Positions 41,207 through 50,712 of a stretch of 124,000 nucleotides of DNA are shown piece after piece; the first letter of the stretch is position 1; each line of letters starts with the position of its first letter. Below the pieces are notes generated by a model, which was given only the letters and a program-made list of their open reading frames with translations, made no database searches and had not been told where the DNA came from. The translations under genes were made by a program, and so were the position numbers. The stretch comes from Hyalangium minutum (lineage in GTDB: Bacteria > Myxococcota > Myxococcia > Myxococcales > Myxococcaceae): NCBI RefSeq assembly GCF_000737315.1, contig NZ_JMCB01000006.1, positions 20,001-144,000 of the forward strand, read 5' to 3'.

Positions 41207-42373
41207 CTAGCGGAGGGCCTGGACGAAGCGCACGTCCTCGCGCAGGCGCTCCAGGTCCGCGTGGCGGGTGAGGTACATCTCGCTGCCCATGGCGGCCTGG
41301 TAGACGCTGGGCATGCTGGTGGTGTGCATCATCAGCGCGTGGCCGAGCCGGCGCAGCACCTCCTCGTGGCTGTGGAGGTAGGGGCGGCCGGCGCGCCGGG
41401 CGATGTGGCACACGTGGTACTTGGGGGCGAAGCGGATGTCAGTGACGGGATCGCCGGTGACGAGGCGGGCCCAGAGCCGGTACACGTCGACGTCGCAGGC
41501 GTAGTTGATCATGTCCGTCATGAAGCCGCCGGGGGGGCGGAGGTTCGCCTCGAGCGCGACGAAGCGGTCACCGGGGAGACGGAAGAACTCCAGGTGGAAC
41601 CAGCGCTCACGCAAGCCGAGTGCGTCCACGGCCTTGCGGCCGAGCTCATCGAGCGAGTCGGGGATGGACTTGAGGCTCCAGAAGGAGATGTCGCGCTTCT
41701 CGGTGACGACCTCCATGACGCCGTCGCTGTACTCGTGGCTGAGGGTGAAGAGAATCTTCCCCTCGCGGTCCACGACGCCGTCATAGGTGACGATGGTGCC
41801 CTGGACGAAGGCCTGGGCGACGTAGGAGGTGGGCAGGGGCTGGGCGAGCGCCTGATCGACTTCGGCGTCGCTGCTGACCTTGAAGGTGTGCGCGGCGCCC
41901 ACGCCGACGTCGGGCTTGAGGACGAGCGGGTAGCCCACGCGCTGGGCGAAGGCCTTCACTTGAGCGGCACTCTGGACAAGCTCGAGCTCGGGGTGGGGCA
42001 CGCTGGCGTCACGGAAGACGGTGGCCATGCCGGACTTGGAGCGGAGGCGCTGGATGTCCGAGGGCTTGAGGCCGAAGACGTTGAAGTCCTCGCGCAGGCG
42101 GGCCTCCTGGCCGAGCCAGGACTCGTTGAGCGACTCGATGCGGTGGATGCGGCCGTGGCGCCAGGTGAGGTAGCCGGTGGCGCGCAGGAGGGCGTCGTAG
42201 TCGTGGAGGCTGGGGGTGAAGAAGTACTCGCGGAGGTTCTCCCGCAGCTCGTGGCGCAGGGTGTCGTAGGGGGTGTCACCGATGGCCAGCACGTTGACGC
42301 CCCGCTCCCGCAGAGCGGTGATGAAGTGGAAGAACTGAGGCGGAAAGTGGGGAGAGATGAAGACGAAGTTCAT
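41207..42373 (-). CDS. ATP-grasp domain protein (carboxylate-amine ligase-like)
   Basis: YPLVLKPDVGVGA, FHLEFF and EANLRPPGG motifs. Confidence 0.8.
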   Translation of the reverse strand: MNFVFISPHFPPQFFHFITALRERGVNVLAIGDTPYDTLRHELRENLREYFFTPSLHDYDALLRATGYLTWRHGRIHRIESLNESWLGQEARLREDFNVFGLKPSDIQRLRSKSGMATVFRDASVPHPELELVQSAAQVKAFAQRVGYPLVLKPDVGVGAAHTFKVSSDAEVDQALAQPLPTSYVAQAFVQGTIVTYDGVVDREGKILFTLSHEYSDGVMEVVTEKRDISFWSLKSIPDSLDELGRKAVDALGLRERWFHLEFFRLPGDRFVALEANLRPPGGFMTDMINYACDVDVYRLWARLVTGDPVTDIRFAPKYHVCHIARRAGRPYLHSHEEVLRRLGHALMMHTTSMPSVYQAAMGSEMYLTRHADLERLREDVRFVQALR

Positions 42374-42551
42374 GGCTCGCCGGAGTGGGGGCTCCCGTGG
42401 GCCCGACCATAGCGCGGCCAGGGGCGATGCCTACTTCCTGACGAGCGGGAGCCACGGGTAGGCCCCCTTGCCCGGTAGGTATCCACTGTGGGCCCTCAGG
42501 TTCGGGCACGGGGACACGGTCCTGGGGGCACAGGTCGCGGGTCCCTCGGCT

Positions 42552-42593
42552 CGGTGCGGGGCCCCCCGTCAGCGGACGGGTCCTCCCGCACCG
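42552..42593 (-). terminator. GC-rich hairpin after ettA
   Basis: CGGTGCGGG...CCCGCACCG stem with an inner CCCGTC/GACGGG stem, ~30 nt past the stop. No U-tract. Confidence 0.4.
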
Positions 42594-42621
42594 GCCGTCC
42601 CGCTCTCCCTCGGCTCACGGC

Positions 42622-44301
42622 TCAGTTCTTCGTCAGCGGCCGGTACCGGATGCGGTGCGGCTGCAGCGCCTCGGGCCCCAAGCGCTTCTTCTTGTCCGCC
42701 TCGTAGTCCTGGAAGTTGCCCTCGAAGAAGAACACCTTGCTGTCCCCCTCGAACGCCAGGATGTGCGTCGCGATGCGGTCCAGGAACCACCGGTCGTGGC
42801 TGATCACCACCGCGCACCCCGCGAAGTTCAGCAGCGCCTCCTCCAGGCTCCGCAGCGTCTCCACGTCCAGGTCGTTCGTCGGCTCGTCCAGCAGCAGCAG
42901 GTTGCCACCGCTCTTCAGCATCTTCGCCAGGTGCACCCGGTTGCGCTCGCCGCCCGACAGGTCCTTCACCCGCTTCTGCTGATCCTGACCCTTGAACGCG
43001 AACCCCGCCAGGTACGCACGGCTCGGCATCTGCCCCGCCCGTCCCAGGTCGATGTGGTCCAGCCCGCCGCTGACCTCCTCGAACACCGACTTGTCCCCAT
43101 TCAGCGCGTCACGGCTCTGGTCCACGTAGGCCAGCTTCACCGTCTCGCCCACCTTCAGCTCGCCCGCGTCCGGCTTCTCCACGCCCGTGATCATCCGGAA
43201 CAGCGTCGTCTTGCCCGCACCGTTCGGCCCAATCACGCCCACGATACCACCCGGCGGCAACTTGAAGTTCAGGTCCTCAACCAGCAGCCGGTCTCCGAAC
43301 GACTTGCGCAGCCCCTTCGCCTCCACCACCAGCCCGCCCAGCTTCGGCCCCGGCGGAATCGTCACCTCGCCGGTCGCATCGCGCTTCTCCTGCGTCTGGT
43401 TGACCAGATCCTCGTACGCCTGGATGCGCGCCTTGCTCTTGGCCTGACGCGCCTTCGGGCTCGCCCGCACCCACTCCAGCTCGCGCTTGAGCGTCTTCTG
43501 CCGGTGGCTCTCCGCCTTCTCCTCCAGCTCCAGCCGCTTCTGCTTCTGGTCCAGCCACGAGGAGTAGTTCCCCTTCCAGGGCACGCCCTCGCCCCGGTCC
43601 AGCTCCAGGATCCACTCCGCCACGTTGTCCAGGAAGTACCGGTCGTGAGTAATACTGACGATCGTCCCCTTGTAGTCCTTCAGCGCCTTCTCCAGCCACG
43701 CCACGCTCTCGGCATCCAGGTGGTTGGTGGGCTCGTCCAGCAACAGCAGGTCCGGCTTCTCCAGCAGGATGCGGCACAGCGCCACACGGCGCTTCTCACC
43801 GCCCGACAGCTTCGTCACGTCCGCATCGCCCGGCGGCAGCCGCAGCGAGTCCATCGCCATCTCGATGGTCCGGTCCAGCTCCCAGCCGTTCGCCGCATCA
43901 ATCGCGTCCTGCAGCTTGCCCTGCTCGGCCAGCAGCTTCTCCATCTCCGTGTCGCTCAAGGGCTCGCCGAACTTGGCGGACACCTCGTTGAAGCGATCCA
44001 TCAGGCCGCGGATCTCCTTCAGGCCCAGCTCCACGTTCCCCTTCACGTCCAGCGAAGCGTCGAGCTGGGGCTCCTGCGGCAGGAAGCCCACCTTCGCGCC
44101 CGGGTCCGGCTTGGCAATGCCGAAGAACTCCTTGTCCACCCCGGCCATGATGCGCAGCAGCGTGGACTTACCCGAGCCGTTCGGGCCGATGACGCCAATC
44201 TTCGCGCCCGGGAAGAAGGACAGGTAGATGCCCTTGAGGATGTCCTTCCCACCCTTGACCTTGCGCAGGTCCTGCATGGTGAAGATGAAGTTCTGGGCCA
44301 T
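42622..44301 (-). CDS. ettA: Energy-dependent translational throttle protein EttA (ABC-F)
   Basis: [21 protein letters not shown], two ABC domains, HRIRYRPL C-terminus. Confidence 0.96.
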   Translation of the reverse strand: MAQNFIFTMQDLRKVKGGKDILKGIYLSFFPGAKIGVIGPNGSGKSTLLRIMAGVDKEFFGIAKPDPGAKVGFLPQEPQLDASLDVKGNVELGLKEIRGLMDRFNEVSAKFGEPLSDTEMEKLLAEQGKLQDAIDAANGWELDRTIEMAMDSLRLPPGDADVTKLSGGEKRRVALCRILLEKPDLLLLDEPTNHLDAESVAWLEKALKDYKGTIVSITHDRYFLDNVAEWILELDRGEGVPWKGNYSSWLDQKQKRLELEEKAESHRQKTLKRELEWVRASPKARQAKSKARIQAYEDLVNQTQEKRDATGEVTIPPGPKLGGLVVEAKGLRKSFGDRLLVEDLNFKLPPGGIVGVIGPNGAGKTTLFRMITGVEKPDAGELKVGETVKLAYVDQSRDALNGDKSVFEEVSGGLDHIDLGRAGQMPSRAYLAGFAFKGQDQQKRVKDLSGGERNRVHLAKMLKSGGNLLLLDEPTNDLDVETLRSLEEALLNFAGCAVVISHDRWFLDRIATHILAFEGDSKVFFFEGNFQDYEADKKKRLGPEALQPHRIRYRPLTKN

Positions 44302-44402
44302 CGCGGGTTCGGTGCCTCCAAGTGACGACGTAGACGGTGGCGGATACTAAGGAGGGCCGCGCGGTGCAAGGAACTCTCCATGCCTCCGCCCTGCCCGAGT
44401 GC

Positions 44403-44918
44403 TCAGCGGCGCAGCCGCTCCCACAGGGACTCGGCGAGCATGTACGCGAAGTCCGCGTCCCCGAAGCGCACCAGATCCCCGTCCTGGACGTAATACTCCT
44501 TGTGGGCATCCAGGAGGTGCCCGTTCAGCTGCGTACCATTCATCGAGCCCAGGTCCACGATGGTGCTGGTGTCCGTCTGCCCGTGCCAGCTCAGCCGCGC
44601 GTGCTCCTTGGAGACGGACGGATCGTTGATGACCAAATCGCAACTCGGCAGGCGCCCCACCGAGAGCGAGTCCACGCTGCGCAGCGGCGGCAGCGTGGCG
44701 ACAATCAGCTCGTCGAAGCGCAGCATCACCGCCAGCTGCATGGCCTCCAGGCTGGGGCCCGTGGCCGCCATGGTGCTCTGCGCCCCCATGCGCATCGCCA
44801 TCTGCTCCACCACCGGCCGCGGCGGCTTCTGCACCAGCACGAAGGGACCAATCTGATTGCAGAAGAACGCCTCGGTCAGCCGCGAGGCCAGCGACCGCAA
44901 TTCCCGGACATTGAGCAT
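44403..44918 (-). CDS. FHA domain protein
   Basis: VGRLPSCDLVINDPSVSKEHA...DLGSMNGT. Confidence 0.88.
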   Translation of the reverse strand: MLNVRELRSLASRLTEAFFCNQIGPFVLVQKPPRPVVEQMAMRMGAQSTMAATGPSLEAMQLAVMLRFDELIVATLPPLRSVDSLSVGRLPSCDLVINDPSVSKEHARLSWHGQTDTSTIVDLGSMNGTQLNGHLLDAHKEYYVQDGDLVRFGDADFAYMLAESLWERLRR

Positions 44919-44984
44919 GGCGCGCGCAGTCTAGCGCGGCGAGGGATGACCACCACTCCCAGAGGTGCTAAGCCCGCCTCCGCC

Positions 44985-45917
44985 ATGTCCTCGCCCGTCC
45001 TGGAGCTGCAGGGGCTCACCAAGTCCTATGCCAAGCTCACCGCGCTCTCCGACGTGAACCTCTCCATCCGCCAGGGTGAAATCTTCGCCCTGCTGGGCCC
45101 CAATGGAGCAGGCAAGACGACACTCATCGGCTCCATCTGCGGCCTGGTGAAGAAGACCAGCGGCCGCATCCTCCTGTTCGGCAAGGATCTGGACCAGGAC
45201 CCCGTGGGCCCTCGCTATGACGTGGGCCTCGTCCCCCAGGAGATCAACTTCGACCCCTTCTTCTCCGTCGCCGAGTCCCTCCGCATCCAGCTCGGCTACT
45301 ACGGCCGCCCCCGCGACGACGCCCGCGTGGACGAGGTGCTCACCGCCCTCAACCTCCAGGCCAAGAAGAACTCCCTCACCCGTGCCCTCTCGGGCGGCAT
45401 GAAGCGCCGCCTCCTCATCGCCAAGGCCCTGGTGCACAAGCCGAAGCTCGTCTTCCTCGACGAGCCCACCGCCGGCGTGGACGTGGAGCTGCGCCGCGAC
45501 CTGTGGACCTACGTGCGCAAGCTGGCCTCCGAGGGCACCACCGTCATCCTCACCACGCACTACTTGGAGGAGGCCGAGGAGCTCGCCGACCGCGTGGGCG
45601 TCATCAACGAGGGGCGCCTGCTGCTGGTGGAGGACAAGGCCTCGGTGATGCGCCGCTTCGGCGAGCGCCGCCTCGTGGTCACCTTCGAGCAGCCCCTGGC
45701 CGAGCTGCCCGAGGCCACCCGCCGCTTCAACGCCACCCTCTCCGAGGACCGCCGCACCCTCGCCTATATCGAGCGCGAGGGCACGCCCCCCTCCGGAGAG
45801 CTGCTGCGCGCCCTCTACGCCCAGGGCCTGCCCATCTCCGATGTGGAGACGCGGCGCTCGCGCCTGGAGGACGTCCTCATCGAAATCCTGCGAGGCCGCC
45901 CCCAGAAGGCTGCCTGA
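44985..45917 (+). CDS. ABC-2 exporter ATP-binding protein (YadG-like)
   Basis: [26 protein letters not shown]. Confidence 0.92.
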   Translation: MSSPVLELQGLTKSYAKLTALSDVNLSIRQGEIFALLGPNGAGKTTLIGSICGLVKKTSGRILLFGKDLDQDPVGPRYDVGLVPQEINFDPFFSVAESLRIQLGYYGRPRDDARVDEVLTALNLQAKKNSLTRALSGGMKRRLLIAKALVHKPKLVFLDEPTAGVDVELRRDLWTYVRKLASEGTTVILTTHYLEEAEELADRVGVINEGRLLLVEDKASVMRRFGERRLVVTFEQPLAELPEATRRFNATLSEDRRTLAYIEREGTPPSGELLRALYAQGLPISDVETRRSRLEDVLIEILRGRPQKAA

Positions 45918-45926
45918 GCCAACGCC

Positions 45927-46688
45927 ATGAACACCCTTGGGATGAAGACGCTGTTCGAGAAGGAGGTCCGCCGCTTCATGCGCGTGCCGGGCCAGACCGT
46001 CCTCTCGCCGCTCATCAGCACCACGCTGTATTTCATCGTCTTCGGCTACTCCATCTCCTCGCGCGTCCACGAAGTGGAGGGCGTGCCGTACCTGCCCTTC
46101 ATCGTCCCGGGCCTCATCTTCCTGGGCATCGCCAACAACGCGTTCCTCAACTCCAGCTCCTCGCTCTTCATCACCAAGATTCAGGGCACGGTGGTGGACC
46201 TGCTCGTAGCCCCCCTGGGCCCCGGCGAGCTGATGGCCGGCTTCATTGGCGGCGCCATGGTGCGCGGGCTCGTGGTGGGCGCGCTCACCTGGGCCGTGGC
46301 CGCCATCTTCACCGGCTTCAGCCTCCAGCACGCCGTGGTGGCCGCCTACTTCCTGTTCATCGCCTCCTACGTCTTCAGCGTGCTGGGAATGCTGGCGGCC
46401 ATCTGGGCCGAGAAGTTCGAGCAGATCAACTTCTTCCCCACCTTCGTGATGATGCCGCTCACCTTCCTGGGTGGCGTCTTCTACTCGGTGCGCGAGCTGC
46501 CCTCGCCCTGGAACCAGATCAGCCTCTTCAACCCCATGGTCTATATGGTGGAGGGACTGCGCTATGGCATGCTGGGCCGCAGCATCTTTCCCCCCGCGCT
46601 GGGAGGTGGCATCCTGGCCGTCCTGGCCGTGGCTGCCACCCTGGTGGTCTACCTGGCGCTGCGCTCCGGCTACAAGATGAAGGCCTGA
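45927..46688 (+). CDS. ABC-2 exporter permease (YadH-like)
   Basis: KEVRRFMRVPGQT, six TMs, FLGGVFY. Confidence 0.9.
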   Translation: MNTLGMKTLFEKEVRRFMRVPGQTVLSPLISTTLYFIVFGYSISSRVHEVEGVPYLPFIVPGLIFLGIANNAFLNSSSSLFITKIQGTVVDLLVAPLGPGELMAGFIGGAMVRGLVVGALTWAVAAIFTGFSLQHAVVAAYFLFIASYVFSVLGMLAAIWAEKFEQINFFPTFVMMPLTFLGGVFYSVRELPSPWNQISLFNPMVYMVEGLRYGMLGRSIFPPALGGGILAVLAVAATLVVYLALRSGYKMKA

Positions 46689-46810
46689 CACCTGCCCACA
46701 GCGGGTTGAGGGCCACAGGACAATTCGCCTGGTTGCTCCCTCTTCTGGCCAGGGAACGGAAAGACGGGCTTTCACGTCGTACCCTGGCTCAGGGTATCTT
46801 AGAAAACGAG

Positions 46811-48436
46811 ATGGCTGTCCCCTTCGGGAAGTACGAACTGCTTCGTAAGATCGCCTCGGGCGGCATGGGCCAGGTGTTCCTGGCGCGTGAGCGCAGCTCG
46901 GTCGAGCGGCTGGTCGTGCTCAAGCTCATCCTCCCCCACCTGGCCGAGGACGATGAGTTCCTCACCATGTTCCTGGAGGAGGCGCGGCTGGTCGCCCGGC
47001 TCCAGCACCCCAACCTCGTCACCATCCTGGACCTGCAGGAGGTGGAGGGGCGCCACTGTCTGGCCATGGAGTACGTGCAGGGCGATGACGTGCGGCGGCT
47101 GGACAAGCAGTCCCGGCTGAAGGGGCGGCTGCTGCCCGCGGGGCTGGTGCTGCGCGTCATCTCCGAGGCCGCCGCGGGGCTCGACTACGCGCACAAGGCC
47201 CGTGACGCACAGGGCCAGCCGCTGAAGCTGGTTCACCGGGATGTCTCTCCGCAGAACATCCTCGTGGGCTTCGACGGGGCGGTGAAGATCATCGACTTCG
47301 GCGTGGCGAAGGCGGCCGGCAGCGGCCACCACACCGCCACCGGGGTGCTCAAGGGCAAGTATCCTTATATGTCCCCGGAGCAGGCCTCGGGGCAGGCCAT
47401 CGACGGGCGCAGCGATCAGTTCGCGCTGGGCGTGGTGATGTGGGAGCTGCTCACGGGCCGCCGCCTCTTCAAGGGCGAGTCGGACATGATGACGCTGCGC
47501 CTGGTGAAGGACTGCCAGGTGCCGAAGCCCTCGCAGATCAACCCCAAGCTGCCGCCGGGGCTGGACGAGGTGGTGCTGCGGGCGCTGGCGACCACGCCGG
47601 ACAAGCGGTACCCGGACTGCGGCGCGCTCCGGCTCGCGCTCGAGGACTACATCATCCAGCTGCGGCTGCCGGCCAGCACCGCGCACCTGTCCGCCTTCCT
47701 GCGCGAGCTGTACGCGGACCGCATCGCCGCGGAGTCGGATCCGGCCAAGCTGGACCAGCTGGCCGAGGACACGGACCTGGACACGAAGGACAAGTCCAAC
47801 CCCTCGCGCATCGACTCGTTGGGGTCGCCGGGCCACCGGCCCACGCCCTCGCGCGTGTCGATGCCCAGCATGCGCTCCCGGCATTCCGTGGAGGCCCTGG
47901 TGGGGCCCGCGCCCGGACACCGGCAGGAGTCCACCCGGGGCACCCAGCCGCTGGGCCGTCCCACGCCCCAGCGCCGCTTCCCCCTCATCCCCGTGGTAGT
48001 GAGCAGCGCGGCGCTGCTCGTCATCGCCGGGGCCGCGCTCGTCTACTTCACCCAGAAACCGGACGCTTCCCAGCCGCCCCCCGTGGTGGCCAACCCACCG
48101 ATGAAGCCGGTGGAGCCGCCCCCCGTGCCGCGCCCGCAGACCGCCGCTCCGCTCAAGGTGGAGCTGGTGCTCAAGTCCGAGCCCACCGGCGCGGCGGTGC
48201 AGCTCGCGGGCAAGCCGCTCGGGGTGACACCGGTAACGCTGGCCGTGGCACCCGAGGAAGCCCCCCTGGAGGTGACGCTGTCGCTGGACGGGTATGAGCC
48301 GCTGACGCGCCACGTGTCCGCCGCGAACGCGCCCAGCCTGATGCTCGCGCTGGAGCGGCGCGCCGCGCCCACGAAGCCGCCCACCAACGGCACCTCCAAG
48401 AAGCCGCCGCCCAGCTACATCAAGAAGGGCCGCTGA
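46811..48436 (+). CDS. Membrane Ser/Thr protein kinase with C-terminal PEGA domain
   Basis: GGMGQV, HRDVSPQN, DFG, YMSPEQ, TM, then SEPTGAAVQL PEGA. Confidence 0.92.
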   Translation: MAVPFGKYELLRKIASGGMGQVFLARERSSVERLVVLKLILPHLAEDDEFLTMFLEEARLVARLQHPNLVTILDLQEVEGRHCLAMEYVQGDDVRRLDKQSRLKGRLLPAGLVLRVISEAAAGLDYAHKARDAQGQPLKLVHRDVSPQNILVGFDGAVKIIDFGVAKAAGSGHHTATGVLKGKYPYMSPEQASGQAIDGRSDQFALGVVMWELLTGRRLFKGESDMMTLRLVKDCQVPKPSQINPKLPPGLDEVVLRALATTPDKRYPDCGALRLALEDYIIQLRLPASTAHLSAFLRELYADRIAAESDPAKLDQLAEDTDLDTKDKSNPSRIDSLGSPGHRPTPSRVSMPSMRSRHSVEALVGPAPGHRQESTRGTQPLGRPTPQRRFPLIPVVVSSAALLVIAGAALVYFTQKPDASQPPPVVANPPMKPVEPPPVPRPQTAAPLKVELVLKSEPTGAAVQLAGKPLGVTPVTLAVAPEEAPLEVTLSLDGYEPLTRHVSAANAPSLMLALERRAAPTKPPTNGTSKKPPPSYIKKGR

Positions 48437-48474
48437 GCCCGCAGGGCTCAGGGCTGCTCCGGTGGGGTGGCGGT

Positions 48475-50499
48475 TCAGATGCGCGGTGGCGCCTGGGACA
48501 CCAGCCTGCGGATGAGCTCCGGCTCGAACGGCTTGTCGATGCGTGGGTGTGAGGAGCTCTGCAGGAAGGCCCGGGCCCGCGCCGTGAAGCCCCCGCCCGT
48601 CATGAAGACGAGCCGCGGCAGGCACTCGGGGTGGTGCTTCGCCAGCTCGGCGTGGACGTCCATGCCCGTCAGGTCCGTCATCATCAAGTCGCAGAAGATG
48701 CGGTCGAAGTCCGTGTCGCGCTCCAGCAGCGCGAGCGCCTCGCGGCCGCTGGCGGTCACCACCACCTCGTTGCCCCGGCCGATGATGCGCCGCATGACGG
48801 AGGCAATGCCCGCCTCGTCGTCGATGATGAGCACGCGCTTGCCCTGAACCGGCGGCGCCTCCAGCACGGAGGCCAGCGAGGGCACCACGTCCCCGCTCGC
48901 CGAACCCCGGGTGGGCAGCACCACGCGGAACGTGCTCCCCTTGCCCGGCATGCTGGCCGCCGTCAGCTCCCCGCGCAGCGCCTTGATGATGCCGTGGCAG
49001 ATGGACAGCCCCAGCCCGGTGCCCTCGCCCTGGGCCTTGGTGGTGAAGAAGGGCTCGAAGGCGCGCGTCAGCACGTCCGGCGTCATCCCCATGCCCGTGT
49101 CCGTCACCTCCACCACCACGTGCTCATCCCTCGCGTACGTGTTGAGCACGATGCGGTGGTGCGTCGAGTCCCCCTCGGGGATGGCCTGCGCCGCGTTGAT
49201 GAGCAGGTTGAGGAACACCTGCCCCAGCTTGGCCTCGTTGGCCCACACCGGGGCCACGTTGCCGTAGCACTTCACCACCTGCGCGCGGTAGCGGATGTGG
49301 TTCATCGCCATGGAGAGGCTGAACTCCAGCGCCGCGTGCACGTCCACCTGCTTCAGCTGCGCGTCATCTCCCCGGGCGAACGTCTTCAAGTCCCGGACAA
49401 TGCCGCGGATGCGCTCGGCGCCCTCGCGGGCCTCCGCCAACGCCTCGGCCGTCTCCTCGATCGCCTTGCGCGCCTCCACCTGCGGCAGCGCCTGGAGCTG
49501 CTCCAGCGCGAAGTGGATGTTGCCCATCACGAAGGACAGCGGGTTGTTGATTTCATGCCCCACGCCCGCGGCGAGCTGGCCCGCCACCGCCAGCTTCTCC
49601 GACTGCACGAGCTTCTCCCGGGCCGCGAGCAGCTCCCGCGCGCGCTGCCGCGCCAGCTCCTCCGCCTCCAGGCGGCCCGAGTGCTCGCGGTTGAGCAGCG
49701 CGTCCCGCTCCTGCTCCGCCTTCTTCTTCTCATTGATGTCGCGGAAGAAGATGGCGATGCCGTTGCCGGACGGGTACGCGTGCACCTCGAACCAGCGGCC
49801 GCGCGAGAACTCCATCTCGAAGACGGTGGAGACGCGCTCCGCCATGACTCGCCGGTACTCGCGCTCGGCGATGGTGCCCATCAGCTCGGGGCTGGTGCTC
49901 CAGATGTCGCGGCCGAAGAGCTTCTCGCGCGGCTTGCCCGTCAGCAGCAGCGCGTTGCGGTTGATGTACGTGTAGCGCCAGTGCGCATCCACGGAGAAGA
50001 AGCCCTCGGGCAGGTTCTCCAGCAGCTCCACCAGCTTGTCGCGCGTCTCGCGCAGCCCCGTCTCCGCGCGCCGGGCGGCGGTGATGTCGCGCAGCCGCAC
50101 CAGCACGCCGTCTCGGAAGCGCGCCACGGTGGCCTGGAGCCACCCGTCGAACCCATCACATGCGTGAGGAAACACCTGCTGGCACGACTGGCCTGTCTCC
50201 ACCACTTGATGGAAGGCCTCGAACTGTCCCGCGAGCCCCAGCTCCGGCGGCACCTCGTGCAGCTTGTGCCCCACCAGGCTGCCCACGTGCCAGCTCAGCG
50301 TGCGCTCCGCGGCGGCGTTCGCGTAGATCCACTCGAAGTCGATCAGCGTGCCCTCTTCATCCCGCAGCGCGCGCAGCGCCATGCTGCCCTCGGGATGCGT
50401 GTTCTCCACCTCCGCCAGCACGCGGAGCACTTCGTCTCCTTCCCACTGGCGGGACCCCCTCAGGACCTTCGAGGGCTCGATGAATGCGGGCTTGGGCAT
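48475..50499 (-). CDS. Hybrid PAS-PAS histidine kinase with C-terminal receiver
   Basis: GHEINNPL, DTGMGM, FFTTK and GTGLGL boxes; REC LIIDDE. Confidence 0.92.
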   Translation of the reverse strand: MPKPAFIEPSKVLRGSRQWEGDEVLRVLAEVENTHPEGSMALRALRDEEGTLIDFEWIYANAAAERTLSWHVGSLVGHKLHEVPPELGLAGQFEAFHQVVETGQSCQQVFPHACDGFDGWLQATVARFRDGVLVRLRDITAARRAETGLRETRDKLVELLENLPEGFFSVDAHWRYTYINRNALLLTGKPREKLFGRDIWSTSPELMGTIAEREYRRVMAERVSTVFEMEFSRGRWFEVHAYPSGNGIAIFFRDINEKKKAEQERDALLNREHSGRLEAEELARQRARELLAAREKLVQSEKLAVAGQLAAGVGHEINNPLSFVMGNIHFALEQLQALPQVEARKAIEETAEALAEAREGAERIRGIVRDLKTFARGDDAQLKQVDVHAALEFSLSMAMNHIRYRAQVVKCYGNVAPVWANEAKLGQVFLNLLINAAQAIPEGDSTHHRIVLNTYARDEHVVVEVTDTGMGMTPDVLTRAFEPFFTTKAQGEGTGLGLSICHGIIKALRGELTAASMPGKGSTFRVVLPTRGSASGDVVPSLASVLEAPPVQGKRVLIIDDEAGIASVMRRIIGRGNEVVVTASGREALALLERDTDFDRIFCDLMMTDLTGMDVHAELAKHHPECLPRLVFMTGGGFTARARAFLQSSSHPRIDKPFEPELIRRLVSQAPPRI

Positions 50500-50642
50500 G
50501 CCTGAGGTCCTCCAACGCGTGGCGGCCAGACCGTGGACCAGAAGCCGGGGCCGTGGCTTCCGCCGCACGCAGCAGCTTACTCGCTTGGCTGACTCAGTAC
50601 AGACTCCGCACCCGCTCGAAGAACCCGCCGGTGAACAGCGTA

Positions 50643-50674
50643 ACGGCGCGGAGAATCAGAATTCCCCGCGCCGT
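50643..50674. terminator. Hairpin downstream of the carbohydrate-binding gene
   Basis: ACGGCGCGG...CCGCGCCGT perfect 9-bp stem. Confidence 0.45.
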
Positions 50675-50712
50675 CTTTCCTCACTGATACAGGATTGCGT
50701 TGATCCGAACAG

